DNA from: Candidatus Pacebacteria bacterium GW2011_GWA1_46_10
Lineage (GTDB): Bacteria; Patescibacteriota; Microgenomatia; UBA1400; PJMF01
Assembly: GCA_001002135.1 (NCBI GenBank)
Contig: LCLP01000001.1
Location: 230,274 to 294,273 of the forward strand
DNA length: 64,000 nucleotides
Direction: 5' to 3'
Within the stretch, counting starts at the first letter, position 1. Each line of letters opens with the position of its first letter. Below are positions 1 through 9,574 of the stretch, piece after piece. The notes below the pieces were generated by a model that was not told where the DNA came from, made no database searches, and saw nothing but the letters and a program-made list of their open reading frames with translations. The position numbers and the translations under genes were made by a program.

Positions 1-3000
1 GGTTTTCCTGTCGGTCGGCCTATTTTTGAAAAATCTTCACCCTGGTCAATATTTATTAGGCTGGGACAGTACCACGCCGGAGCTTAATTTTAGCTTGAAT
101 TTTTCCCGGATTATTTTCGGTGTCTGGCAAGAGTACCGGGGCTTGGGGACCTTGGATGGGATGGCTCACACAGCCAATATCGTTCATTGGTTGGTGACGT
201 TTTTATTGAGTAAAGTTTTACCGGTCACCAGTGTCAGATACATCTTTCAGCTTTTCGCTCACTTTATCGGCGGGGTGGGGGCGTACTTCCTACTGCGAGA
301 CTGGATTACCCCGTACTTACATCAAAAAAAACGAGCACCGATCTTTCCACAACTATTGTCACTGTTGGGGAGCGCTTTTTATCTGCTCAATTTCTACACC
401 ATCCAAATGTTTTATTTACCCTTAGAACTGTTCTCGGTGCACTACGCCCTGTTTCCGTGGGGCTTATGGAGTTTGCTGCGGTACTTTCATTCTGGTCAGC
501 GATCAGCTCTCTTAGTGCTGCTGGGGATTAACGTGCTTGGTATTTCTCAAGCTCATGTACCGACTGTTGTGATTCCGTACGCGGTAGTGTTAGTGATTTT
601 CTCACTCCATTTTTTATTAACTGGCCAAAAAACGAAAGACTCGGTGTTTCGAGTGGTTTTAGCCGGTCTGATTGTTTTTGCGGCCAATGCACTCTGGGTC
701 TTACCATATTTGTATTCCGTCCCAACTAAGTCAGCCGAGATCAGTTGGTCTAAGCAAAATAGACTTGGTACGGCTGGCATTTTCTCCCGCAACTACGCCA
801 GGAGTGACCTGTACTCGGTCACGACCTTGGGTGGGTTTAACTTAGATTACAACGATTGGGATTTAGAAAGCAAAGAATTTGTTTCGGTCATGGCGCCTTG
901 GCAGGAGTGGTATCGCTCGCCGATGTACGTGGCGCTTGCTCTAATATTTTTTGGTTTGTCCGTGTGGGGAGTGGTGGCTGCTTTCCAGCTGGCCGCGCGG
1001 GAAAAAGAAACGGTGTGGTGGCCATATCTGCTGGCTTGGTTTGTTGCTTTGATGATGGTGGGGACCAAAATTCCGCTGATTGGGGCTGCGTCAGCGGCCT
1101 TACGCCATCAATTCCCGCTCTTTGGCCAAATTTTCCGCTTCACTTTTACTAAGTTTTCGATTTTTTATGTCCTTTTTCAAAGTCTATTTGTGGTGGTTGG
1201 CGCTTATTTCTTACTCCGCCTCCTCTCACGCCGGCGCTGGCTGTTGCCCAAGTGGTGGCTCCAACGTTTGGTGTTGGTGTTGCTGATTGTCGGCACTGTG
1301 GTTTTAGCGCGGCCAGCTTTTCAGGGTCACTTCTTTTATCGCTCATTGTTTGTGACGGTGCCTGAGGAATATTTTTCACTATTTGTGTATTTAGAAAACA
1401 ATTTACCGAGCGCCAGACTGGTGGATTTTCCAATTAATTCTCTGTGGGGGTGGTTAACCAATACCCGTGAATGGGGATACCGGGGTTCTGGTTTTACTTG
1501 GCAGGCAATCCGCCAACCGGTGGTGAATCGCTCGTTTGACCCATGGAGCAAAACCAATGAAACGCTTTTTCTCCAGCTCAATCACGCGCTTTACAGCCAA
1601 GACACCGAACGGTTTATGAATACCTTACGCAAATTTCATGCCAATTATCTATTGATGGACCGCTCTATTTTCCATCCCGGCAACTATGATGAAGCCTTGT
1701 TTTACCAAGAAACAGATGCCTTTTTTACCCAAATACCTGAAATAAGAGAAACACAGCGCTTTGGACAGTTAGCACTATATGGTGTAGCTGGGGTCGGCGG
1801 CAAAGAGCTGGTGGCGCCAGCTGTCGCCATCGGGGTTGCCAATTATCCGGCCAGTTACACAACCAAAGATGCCGTCTTTCATTTGTATGGGCCATATTTT
1901 GCTGACGGAGATGGACTAGAGTTTCCATTTGCTGATCTTCAGCAGGAGAACCTGAGTGAACCTCGGTTGGAAAATGAAAGTTTGATTTTATCGTTTGCTG
2001 GGAGTGGCAGACGTTTAAGCTTCCCCGCTTTTAGCGAAACTCAACCAGTGGTGTCGGCCGTGATTTCACAGCATAAAAACGCTCTGCCGTTAACTTTACC
2101 TAGGGTGACTTTGACCGTGGCGATGCAGGTGCCGGAGGTGCGTTTGCAATCAGGAGTAGTATCGGCTCGGCAGACTGCTTGGGATTTGAGTTTGCCCAAT
2201 CAAGGACGGGATTACTTTGTCAGTGTCAATAATTGGGTGACAAAGACTGGTTTGTTTGGGAGTGAATTGCCCACTAAGCAACATATTTCTTTGAGTACCC
2301 GCACGGATAATAGTTTATTGGCGTTTGATAGCGAAGTGACCACGGTTAGAGACATAACAGAAACCTATCGCCAGCAAGCAGGGGAAGCGTGCGTAGTTAA
2401 CAAAGGCCCGTTTACTAAGTTTGTCTCTTTGCCTATCCCGACGCCAACCTCAGTGGGACTGAGTGAGGCCGAGCCGGCTTTATTGGCGATGGTAGCAGAC
2501 TATCAAGTGTTGGGAGATGGTGTGGCCAATGTCTGTATCCGTGATCTAACAACTGGTTTGTGTATCAATGAAACTTTGGAAAGGCTGGCGAGTAGTCGTG
2601 AAGGGTGGCAAACTATTTCCACGGCAGTCCCATTGCAACCTGATGGCAGTTATGCGGTTGATTTATTGGGTTGTGAGTATCAAGCAGGCGCTTGGCAGCA
2701 ATTTACCTATGATGCGGTTTGGTTTCAGTATTATCCCTTTGCCGGTGAGCGAACAATTCCTACTCGAGCGGTGTTTCAACAATTTGATCAAGATTTAGCA
2801 AGGGTTTCGGATCGGGAAGTGTTTCAGACTGAAACGGTGATCTCGATTCCGCTTGGAAAAGAGGCAGAATTTGTCATTAACCATGACGGTCAAAAACAAC
2901 GGTTGGTTGATACGGCAACCAACTGTGCGGTGGGTGAAAAAGGTGGTATTGAGAAGCGCGTTTTGGCAGACGGGGTGGAGTATTTGGCCGCCGATGGAGC

Positions 3001-3667
3001 GGTGATCTGCGATATGTATTTGTTGCCGGAAATTGATGAATCACTGCAATATCTTTTTCATGCTGGCGGTGAGAATAGCACTGGCTCAGGTCTGAAACTA
3101 TTTTTACTAAACCCCTCCAACAAACGATTTGACTTGGAAACTGTCTCTGGGACTGGTCAGTTTGAGTGGTGGCAGACAGTCTACCCCACCACTAATCGTT
3201 ACTTCCCGGATGAAGGCTTTTTTACTCTTTCAGTGAATGGAGAGACGTTTGGTCGAGAGCAAAATCGCACGTTGTTGAAGACCGTGGAATTTTACCCATT
3301 ACCGCTTGATTGGCTGACACAAGTAATGACTGGTGATGTTGATCAAGCCACTCGTCATTTTGAGACAGTAATACTGTCACAGCGGCAATGGAACCCAACT
3401 TTTTATACAGTCAGAGTTAGGGTGCAGTCGGAACAAGGTTTGTTGGTCTTGCCGCAGTCGTTTGATAAGGGATGGGTGGCACTAACTGCTTTTCGTCAGC
3501 CGCAACATACCTTGTATAACGGTTGGGCAAACGCCTGGCTGCTACCATCAGGAGAATATCGGGTGGTGTTACTGTATTGGCCGCAGCTTCTTAGTTTCTT
3601 GGGCTATGGGTTGTTGATCGGCGCTGCTGTTTGGCTTTTAAAGCAGCGTTTCTCAATGTTACATTAA
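1..3667 (+). CDS. Large multi-TM GT-C-like glycosyltransferase / YfhO-like membrane protein (5' end probably upstream of the window)
   Basis: Frame is open from the window edge. Many TM segments occupy the first ~430 aa, followed by a large soluble region and a C-terminal 'LPQSFDKGW...YNGWANAW' motif plus TM anchor typical of YfhO-like proteins. Confidence 0.65.
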   Translation, partial: VFLSVGLFLKNLHPGQYLLGWDSTTPELNFSLNFSRIIFGVWQEYRGLGTLDGMAHTANIVHWLVTFLLSKVLPVTSVRYIFQLFAHFIGGVGAYFLLRDWITPYLHQKKRAPIFPQLLSLLGSAFYLLNFYTIQMFYLPLELFSVHYALFPWGLWSLLRYFHSGQRSALLVLLGINVLGISQAHVPTVVIPYAVVLVIFSLHFLLTGQKTKDSVFRVVLAGLIVFAANALWVLPYLYSVPTKSAEISWSKQNRLGTAGIFSRNYARSDLYSVTTLGGFNLDYNDWDLESKEFVSVMAPWQEWYRSPMYVALALIFFGLSVWGVVAAFQLAAREKETVWWPYLLAWFVALMMVGTKIPLIGAASAALRHQFPLFGQIFRFTFTKFSIFYVLFQSLFVVVGAYFLLRLLSRRRWLLPKWWLQRLVLVLLIVGTVVLARPAFQGHFFYRSLFVTVPEEYFSLFVYLENNLPSARLVDFPINSLWGWLTNTREWGYRGSGFTWQAIRQPVVNRSFDPWSKTNETLFLQLNHALYSQDTERFMNTLRKFHANYLLMDRSIFHPGNYDEALFYQETDAFFTQIPEIRETQRFGQLALYGVAGVGGKELVAPAVAIGVANYPASYTTKDAVFHLYGPYFADGDGLEFPFADLQQENLSEPRLENESLILSFAGSGRRLSFPAFSETQPVVSAVISQHKNALPLTLPRVTLTVAMQVPEVRLQSGVVSARQTAWDLSLPNQGRDYFVSVNNWVTKTGLFGSELPTKQHISLSTRTDNSLLAFDSEVTTVRDITETYRQQAGEACVVNKGPFTKFVSLPIPTPTSVGLSEAEPALLAMVADYQVLGDGVANVCIRDLTTGLCINETLERLASSREGWQTISTAVPLQPDGSYAVDLLGCEYQAGAWQQFTYDAVWFQYYPFAGERTIPTRAVFQQFDQDLARVSDREVFQTETVISIPLGKEAEFVINHDGQKQRLVDTATNCAVGEKGGIEKRVLADGVEYLAADGAVICDMYLLPEIDESLQYLFHAGGENSTGSGLKLFLLNPSNKRFDLETVSGTGQFEWWQTVYPTTNRYFPDEGFFTLSVNGETFGREQNRTLLKTVEFYPLPLDWLTQVMTGDVDQATRHFETVILSQRQWNPTFYTVRVRVQSEQGLLVLPQSFDKGWVALTAFRQPQHTLYNGWANAWLLPSGEYRVVLLYWPQLLSFLGYGLLIGAAVWLLKQRFSMLH

Positions 3668-3696
3668 CTGTTGGTTTTGGTCGTTGTAATGAAAGA

Positions 3697-5421
3697 GTGA
3701 AATATTTTACTCTCTTTTTGTTTTTCATTACCGCTTGGTTGACTTTTCCATCCCAAACCCAAGCCGCCACGGTGGAAAATTGGGTGATAAAGGGGAGTCA
3801 AAACGAACTTTGGACTCAGGCTATCGATGAGGTGACTGGCTACTCACAGCACTATTTTACTGAGTCATTTTTTGTGGCTGATCCAGTCTCTTTCATCGTG
3901 CCGGAGAACTTTGTTTTTCGTTTTAAACTGACTCCGATTCAGGGAGTGGATCACAACTTTGTCTGGAATTTTCAGGATACGGAGAATTATTACCAGGCGC
4001 ATTTCAACGGCGGGGCAGTCTGGGTCAGTCGATTTATCGATGGTGAGGAGATGTTGTCGGTAGGCAAGAACTTTATTACTTCTCTTGGTCAAACCTATGA
4101 AATACAGCTCAAGCAAGTCGGCAATCGCTTAACTCTAGTGATTGATGATCAGGCAATCGTCGCCTTTGATGATCTGACTCACAACGAGCAGAGTGAGGGT
4201 TTGGTTGGGTTCAAGCTCTCGCCGGGCGCGGTCATTCCGGTGGAAACAAAGTATGAGCACATCATGGCGTATGACGCTGCCGTGACGCTGTTGCCGGTTA
4301 GTTTATTGCAGCAAAACGATGAGCAGTGGGGGGAGATCGAATATGATACCGCCAGTCAGTGGAGTGACTGGGAGGCACCAACGATCAGCCGCTGGGGTTG
4401 TGCGCTGACTTCGTTGACCATGATTATGCGCTATCATGGTTTGACCACTATGCCGGATGGTCAGCCGGTTGATCCAGCGACCGTCAACCAATGGTTGTTG
4501 GATGAGGAAGATGGCTACGTGGGCCAGGGTTTAGTCAACTGGTTTGCGGCCACGCGCCTCATCCGTCAAATCAGTGAGCGGTACTCCGTGCCGGGCAGTC
4601 AGTTGCCGAAGCTGGAGTTTTCCTACCAAGGCTTGCCGTGGCTTGAAGTTGGTAAAAACGAGCTTTTGACGGGGCGGCCGTTGATTGCCCAAGTGCCAGG
4701 TCACTTTACTGTGGTGAACGGGTACGACGAACACAATAATGAATTTTTGATCAGTGATCCGTTGTATTCGTACCAATACTTGAGTCAACACCCAGCCACC
4801 CTGTCATTGCGACTTTTTCGACCCAGCCAAACAGATTTGAGCGCTTTGGTAGCCGTCCACCGTCCAGAGGTAGTAGTTGAGATCCTTAATGAATCAGGAG
4901 TGGTTGTTTCCCAAACCTGGCGGGAGGAGATTGTTGATTCGGTGAGCGGTGAATCAACTGAAGTTTGGCAATTTACAGTGGTCAATCAACCTGCCGCTGG
5001 GCGGTATCAGGTTAATGTTGTTGGGGCCAAAGAAGAAGGGGACGTGCTGATTTTTACCTATGACCAGTTAGCTAATGTTGAAACCTATCTACCTTTAAAA
5101 AGTGAATATATCAATTTTGAGATACTTTCTTTTTACCTAGCTTTTAATAAGGAAACTGGTGGTGAGATCCAACCGCTTGATTTAACAGAGCCAGCTGTTT
5201 TTAGTTGGGGAAATTTTCTGGCCAGGCTCAATCAATTGAAAAACGACCAACTGATCAACCAGTCAATTTATGAACGCCTGAATGCCTTGGCCAATTTAGC
5301 AGCCCAGGCGGATGAAACCACTTGGCCGAGGTATAAGCATTATCTAATTAATTTATTAGAGTTTTATAGTACTGAGATGGCGGGAAAAACAAGAAATGAC
5401 TTAAAAGAAATTTTAAAATGA
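3697..5421 (+). CDS. Secreted protein with a beta-sandwich (DUF1080/LamG-like) domain and a C39-like cysteine peptidase domain
   Basis: Signal peptide from GTG 3697 (…TQAA). C39-like residues 'QQND…WGCALTSLTM…GHFTVVNGYD…ISDP'. Confidence 0.7.
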   Translation: MKYFTLFLFFITAWLTFPSQTQAATVENWVIKGSQNELWTQAIDEVTGYSQHYFTESFFVADPVSFIVPENFVFRFKLTPIQGVDHNFVWNFQDTENYYQAHFNGGAVWVSRFIDGEEMLSVGKNFITSLGQTYEIQLKQVGNRLTLVIDDQAIVAFDDLTHNEQSEGLVGFKLSPGAVIPVETKYEHIMAYDAAVTLLPVSLLQQNDEQWGEIEYDTASQWSDWEAPTISRWGCALTSLTMIMRYHGLTTMPDGQPVDPATVNQWLLDEEDGYVGQGLVNWFAATRLIRQISERYSVPGSQLPKLEFSYQGLPWLEVGKNELLTGRPLIAQVPGHFTVVNGYDEHNNEFLISDPLYSYQYLSQHPATLSLRLFRPSQTDLSALVAVHRPEVVVEILNESGVVVSQTWREEIVDSVSGESTEVWQFTVVNQPAAGRYQVNVVGAKEEGDVLIFTYDQLANVETYLPLKSEYINFEILSFYLAFNKETGGEIQPLDLTEPAVFSWGNFLARLNQLKNDQLINQSIYERLNALANLAAQADETTWPRYKHYLINLLEFYSTEMAGKTRNDLKEILK

Positions 5422-5428
5422 AAAATAA

Positions 5429-6286
5429 TTATTTTTTCGCTGGTAAGTTATTAATTCTGGCCCAGTCTTTTTTACCGAGGCCTTTTTTAACCGCTCGTTG
5501 ATATTGTTTTAGTACAGCTTCCAATAAGGGCAAATCGAGGTTTTTTGTAGATTGCTTAGCGTAAGTGAGATCTTTAGTAATCCACTCGATAGAAAAATTA
5601 ATAGGATTAGGTTCCGATTGATAATCTTGCCAAGCTAAGGCGGTGATGACTCCTCCTGGCCTGTCAATTAATGCCTCGCTGACTCTTTTTAGATTCATTT
5701 TGGCAGCCTGGGCTGTTCTAATGGCTTCACCAAAACCGACCATGTGAACGGCTTGCAGTGCGTTAAGAATTAATTTGTAGCGAATGCCATGGCCAGCAGG
5801 CCCGAAGTAAAAAACTTTGGCTGCTATGGCTTTTAGATCTGGTTTAATTTTGTCAAGCAATTTTTCATCACCACCAACTAGTAAAACTAGCTGGCCAGTT
5901 TCTGCGCCAACTCTACCACCAGTCATTGGCATGTCAAGAAATTGAAGTTCTCTTTTTTGACATTCTTGAATGAGTCTATCGATCCATTCAACGGAGAGAG
6001 TGGCATTTGCGATTAAAACAGTTTTTTTATTCGCTCCGGCTAAAATACCATTTTTTTCTAGCCAAACCTGTCGGGAAGATTGATCATGAGCAGTAACTTC
6101 AAAGACAATGTCTGCTCGTTCTGCTACTTCTCTGGGATTGCCTAAAGCAATGGCTCCCTTTTTTTGAAATCTTTCTCGTTGAGCAAGGGAACGGTTCCAA
6201 ACATACACGGTATAACCATTTTTAAGAAAATTATTGGCAATGCCGCTGCCCATAATACCTAAACCAACAATACCGATTGTTTTCAT
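5429..6286 (-). CDS. NAD(P)-dependent oxidoreductase, 3-hydroxyisobutyrate dehydrogenase family
   Basis: GLGIMGSG Rossmann motif, 'DMPMTGG', catalytic K in 'YKLILN'. Confidence 0.9.
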   Translation of the reverse strand: MKTIGIVGLGIMGSGIANNFLKNGYTVYVWNRSLAQRERFQKKGAIALGNPREVAERADIVFEVTAHDQSSRQVWLEKNGILAGANKKTVLIANATLSVEWIDRLIQECQKRELQFLDMPMTGGRVGAETGQLVLLVGGDEKLLDKIKPDLKAIAAKVFYFGPAGHGIRYKLILNALQAVHMVGFGEAIRTAQAAKMNLKRVSEALIDRPGGVITALAWQDYQSEPNPINFSIEWITKDLTYAKQSTKNLDLPLLEAVLKQYQRAVKKGLGKKDWARINNLPAKK

Positions 6287-6897
6287 TATTTTCTCTGTTC
6301 AAGTAATTCTCTTAAAGTGGCGCTATCCGCATCACGCCGGCTGAGGATCATTTTCTCCCGCTCGATGGGCCACTGGATGTTCAGTTCTGGGTCAAACAGC
6401 GACAGTGCTTTGTCACCAGCCGGATCGCGCTCGTCGTAAAACGTGTCCACGGCGTAGTGATACAGTAGTGGGCCTTTGATCACCGCGATCGAGTTAGCGA
6501 CCCCCATCGGCACGTACAAGCTGACGTGAAATTCATCCGCCGGCTGTGGCTCGAACAAAAAGTATTCGACTTGTTTGAAGCTGGGGGAATCTGGACGAAT
6601 GTCCACCAGTGCTGACATCCCCTGACCAAACAGGACTGTCGTCAATTTATTCCACCCTTCGGCGTGCAGTCCTCGAACAACATTATTATTGGAATAGGCC
6701 AAATTGATTTGCTTGATCTCGATCCGTTTGCCGATCGCTTTTTCTAAAGCTTTCAAGTTTGTGATATTGGTGAAATAGCCGCGATCATCCAAGAATTTCT
6801 GGTGCTTGAAATACAGCAAGTCCTTGATCTTGGTACGAAAAACTCCAGGCGCCACTGCTTGATCAGCGGCGGGTTGATACATTGGTGGGAGATTCAT
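6286..6897 (-). CDS. rmlC: dTDP-4-dehydrorhamnose 3,5-epimerase
   Basis: 'DDRGYF', 'VVRGLH', 'VDIRPDSPSF', 'DPELNIQWP' motifs. The start is likely ATG 6897, after TATAAT. Confidence 0.85.
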   Translation of the reverse strand: MNLPPMYQPAADQAVAPGVFRTKIKDLLYFKHQKFLDDRGYFTNITNLKALEKAIGKRIEIKQINLAYSNNNVVRGLHAEGWNKLTTVLFGQGMSALVDIRPDSPSFKQVEYFLFEPQPADEFHVSLYVPMGVANSIAVIKGPLLYHYAVDTFYDERDPAGDKALSLFDPELNIQWPIEREKMILSRRDADSATLRELLEQRK

Positions 6898-6943
6898 AAT
6901 TTTCAATTATAGCGGAAGTGACATTATTGGCTAGTTCGCAAGT

Positions 6944-6974
6944 AAAAAGCAAAAGGCCCGCTTACGCGGGCCTT
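6944..6974 (-). terminator. Rho-independent terminator for the 6980-7336 gene
   Basis: AAGGCCCGC-ttac-GCGGGCCTT stem with an adjacent A-run (U-tail on the minus strand). Confidence 0.8.
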
Positions 6975-6979
6975 GAGCC

Positions 6980-7336
6980 TTAACCTTCTTTTTCAAGAAT
7001 GTGATACCGCTTATACATCTCCTCCACTTGCCCGAGTATCAAATCTTTTGGCAAGTGTTCACCTGCCAGTGCCCTGAGGAGCCCAAGCATGTTAAACTCA
7101 GCGAGGTCATTCTCCTCAAGAGATGGCCTGCAAGGGATCAGCCATTCTGTCCAGCCTCGACTGTTGGCGATTTCTACAATAACTCTATCAATCGCCGGCA
7201 CGACAGTGATTAGAATGGAACGGGAAGTGCTAGAGATTTCTCGGAGGTATCCTTTATAGATACCTCTTTGCCTCTGTCGAGCCCTCTGATATTGAGGGTT
7301 CACGAGGATTTCTTGAACCTCCTTAGTCTTCCACAT
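6980..7336 (-). CDS. Hypothetical protein
   Basis: 118-aa ORF with an AAGGAG SD, its own promoter and a terminator. Confidence 0.65.
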   Translation of the reverse strand: MWKTKEVQEILVNPQYQRARQRQRGIYKGYLREISSTSRSILITVVPAIDRVIVEIANSRGWTEWLIPCRPSLEENDLAEFNMLGLLRALAGEHLPKDLILGQVEEMYKRYHILEKEG

Positions 7337-7349
7337 GTTAAGGCTCTCC

Positions 7350-7453
7350 TTTCCCTGTTAGGGAAAAATCTACTCGTTATATTCCAGTCAAGAGCGATTC
7401 TTGACCTTGATATAACGAGGCAAAAATTATATCAAAATGCATAAATAAGTCAA
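7350..7453 (-). promoter_or_regulatory. Sigma70 promoter plus structured 5' leader
   Basis: TTGACT-16-TATAAT with extended TG (7453-7426), a long hairpin at 7373-7419, and a small hairpin at 7350-7366 abutting the SD. Confidence 0.65.
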
Positions 7454-7519
7454 TATTATAGGATATTTTCCTCTGGTCAAATTTCGCCTTGAGATATGTT
7501 ACAATTCACCCCTAAAGCT

Positions 7520-8728
7520 ATGGTCAAACTTTATCAACCGTCACCAAAAACCCTCACCAAATACGCCGACGTCTTGGTCAACTTTGCCCTCAATTCCGGT
7601 CAAGGGGTGAAAAAGGGTGAGGTGGTGCGGATCGTGGTGCCGGACATCGCCAAACCCCTAGCACTTGAGCTGCAAAACACCGTGCTTCGTGCCAGCGCCC
7701 ACCCGGTACTGCGGCTTTTACCGACTGGTTTTGACCAGGATTACTACACCCTGGCCAACAAAAAACAGTTGGAGTTTTTTCCGCGCCAATACCACAAAGT
7801 TCAAGTAGACCTGATTGATCACACCATTGGCATTATTGCTGACCCGTACCCAGCAGAGCTGGCTCAGGTTGATCCACGTAAAATTCTCTTGGCTCGCGAC
7901 TCCAAAAAAGCCATCCGCGACTGGCTGGATAAGAAAGAAAATAAAGGCAAGTACACCTGGACGACCGCCCTGTGGGGTGTGGAGGCTAAAGCAGCAGAAG
8001 TTGGTTTGAGCTTGGAAGCCTATTGGCAGCAGATCATCAAGGCTTGTTTTTTGGATAAAGCCAAACCGGTCCATCAGTGGCGGCAAGTGCTAAAACTGCA
8101 AGAGAGCATCAAGGCCAAGTTAAATGCCTTGCAGATTGATTGGTTACTTATCAAAGGCAAGGATGTTGATCTGCGGATTAATCTTGGCAAGAAGCGCCAA
8201 TGGCGCGGCGGCGAAGGGCGCAACATCCCGAGCTTTGAGATCTTTACCTCACCCGATTGGCGGGGGACGGAAGGTTGGATTAAGTTTAATCAACCACTCT
8301 ATCGGTATGGTAACATTATTCGTGATATTTCCATGCGCTTTGAGCGCGGACACGTGGTGGAGGCTAAGGCCAAGGTTGGCAATCAATTTTTACAAGAAAT
8401 GGTTCGGCGCCACAACGCTGACAAGCTGGGCGAGGTGTCGCTGACCGATAAACGCACTTCTCGGATTTCCCATGTGATGGCCGAGACGCTGTTTGACGAG
8501 AACATCGGCGGCCCCTATGGCAACACTCATGTCGCGATCGGCAAAGCCTACCGCGATTGTTACTTGGAAGACCCCAGTAAGCTGAGCGACGCTGAGTGGC
8601 AGGAGCTTGGCTATAATGATTCAGCTGAACATACCGATATGGTCTCGACGACTGATCGGACGGTGACCGCAATCATGGTCGACAGGACCAAGAAAATCAT
8701 TTATCAAAACGGGATGTTTGTGGTCTAG
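7520..8728 (+). CDS. Aminopeptidase, M29 (AmpS/PepS) family
   Basis: 'YADVLV', 'NIPSFEIFTSP', 'GEV', 'TLFDEN', 'HVAIG', 'SAEHTD' metal-ligand motifs. Confidence 0.9.
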   Translation: MVKLYQPSPKTLTKYADVLVNFALNSGQGVKKGEVVRIVVPDIAKPLALELQNTVLRASAHPVLRLLPTGFDQDYYTLANKKQLEFFPRQYHKVQVDLIDHTIGIIADPYPAELAQVDPRKILLARDSKKAIRDWLDKKENKGKYTWTTALWGVEAKAAEVGLSLEAYWQQIIKACFLDKAKPVHQWRQVLKLQESIKAKLNALQIDWLLIKGKDVDLRINLGKKRQWRGGEGRNIPSFEIFTSPDWRGTEGWIKFNQPLYRYGNIIRDISMRFERGHVVEAKAKVGNQFLQEMVRRHNADKLGEVSLTDKRTSRISHVMAETLFDENIGGPYGNTHVAIGKAYRDCYLEDPSKLSDAEWQELGYNDSAEHTDMVSTTDRTVTAIMVDRTKKIIYQNGMFVV

Positions 8729-8746
8729 TGATGGCAGAGAGAATTC

Positions 8747-9523
8747 GTGATCATTTCCTCACCCCAACAACTCCGGCAATACCAGGCGGTGGCCAAAGTC
8801 TCGACCGAGATCTTGTGGCAGCTGCACCAGAAAACCCGTGCTGGGATAACTCCACTGGAGATTGACCGATTGGCCGACAAACTCTGTCGGCAGCACCAAG
8901 TCAAACCAAACTTCAAAGGAGTTGGTTCGCCGGACAATCCGTACCAGCATGCCACCTGTATTTCGGTCAACGACGTGGTGGTGCATGGTATTCCACAAGA
9001 TGTACCACTCAAAGAGGGAGACTTGGTCAAGGTTGATTTTGGGATCGAGCAAGATGGTTGGCAGACAGATCATTGTTTTACGGTGGGCGTTGGCACATTA
9101 ACTGATGAAGAACGGACACTGTTAAGGGTTGGTCGAGCTGCGGTGCTCAAAGCTGCCCGTGGCGCCAAGGTTGGCAAGACAGTGGGTGATCTTGGACACC
9201 TGATGGAGTCAACCGCGGGGAAATATGATTTCTCGGTCACGGAGCAGTATGTCGGGCATGGGATTGGTCACTTGCTACACGAAGAGCCACAAATTCCCGC
9301 TTGGGGGGAACCGAAGACTGGGATGAAATTGACTGAGGGGATGGTGTTGTGTGTGGAGGCGCAAGTGATTGCTGGTAACAGTGATGTCTATACGGCTGCT
9401 GATGGTTGGTCAGTGAAGACCCGTGATGGGAGTAAGGCGGTGATGTTTGAATACATGGTGGTGGTGGGGAAAAAACAGCCGATTTTCTTGACGCCGACCA
9501 CTGCTTGGCCACTGACTGTCTAA
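8747..9523 (+). CDS. map: Type I methionine aminopeptidase
   Basis: 'CISVNDVVVHGIP', 'VDFG…TD', 'GHGIG..LHEEP', 'VE' motifs. Confidence 0.95.
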   Translation: MIISSPQQLRQYQAVAKVSTEILWQLHQKTRAGITPLEIDRLADKLCRQHQVKPNFKGVGSPDNPYQHATCISVNDVVVHGIPQDVPLKEGDLVKVDFGIEQDGWQTDHCFTVGVGTLTDEERTLLRVGRAAVLKAARGAKVGKTVGDLGHLMESTAGKYDFSVTEQYVGHGIGHLLHEEPQIPAWGEPKTGMKLTEGMVLCVEAQVIAGNSDVYTAADGWSVKTRDGSKAVMFEYMVVVGKKQPIFLTPTTAWPLTV

Positions 9524-9552
9524 TATTCACCCTCTTTTCTTCTTGGGAAAGT

Positions 9553-9570
9553 GGTGTATAATTATACACC
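9553..9570. promoter_or_regulatory. Perfect 18-bp palindrome containing the rpoD -10 box
   Basis: GGTGTATAATTATACACC is self-complementary and contains TATAAT (9557-9562), 12 nt before ATG 9575. Confidence 0.6.
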
Positions 9571-9574
9571 TCTC

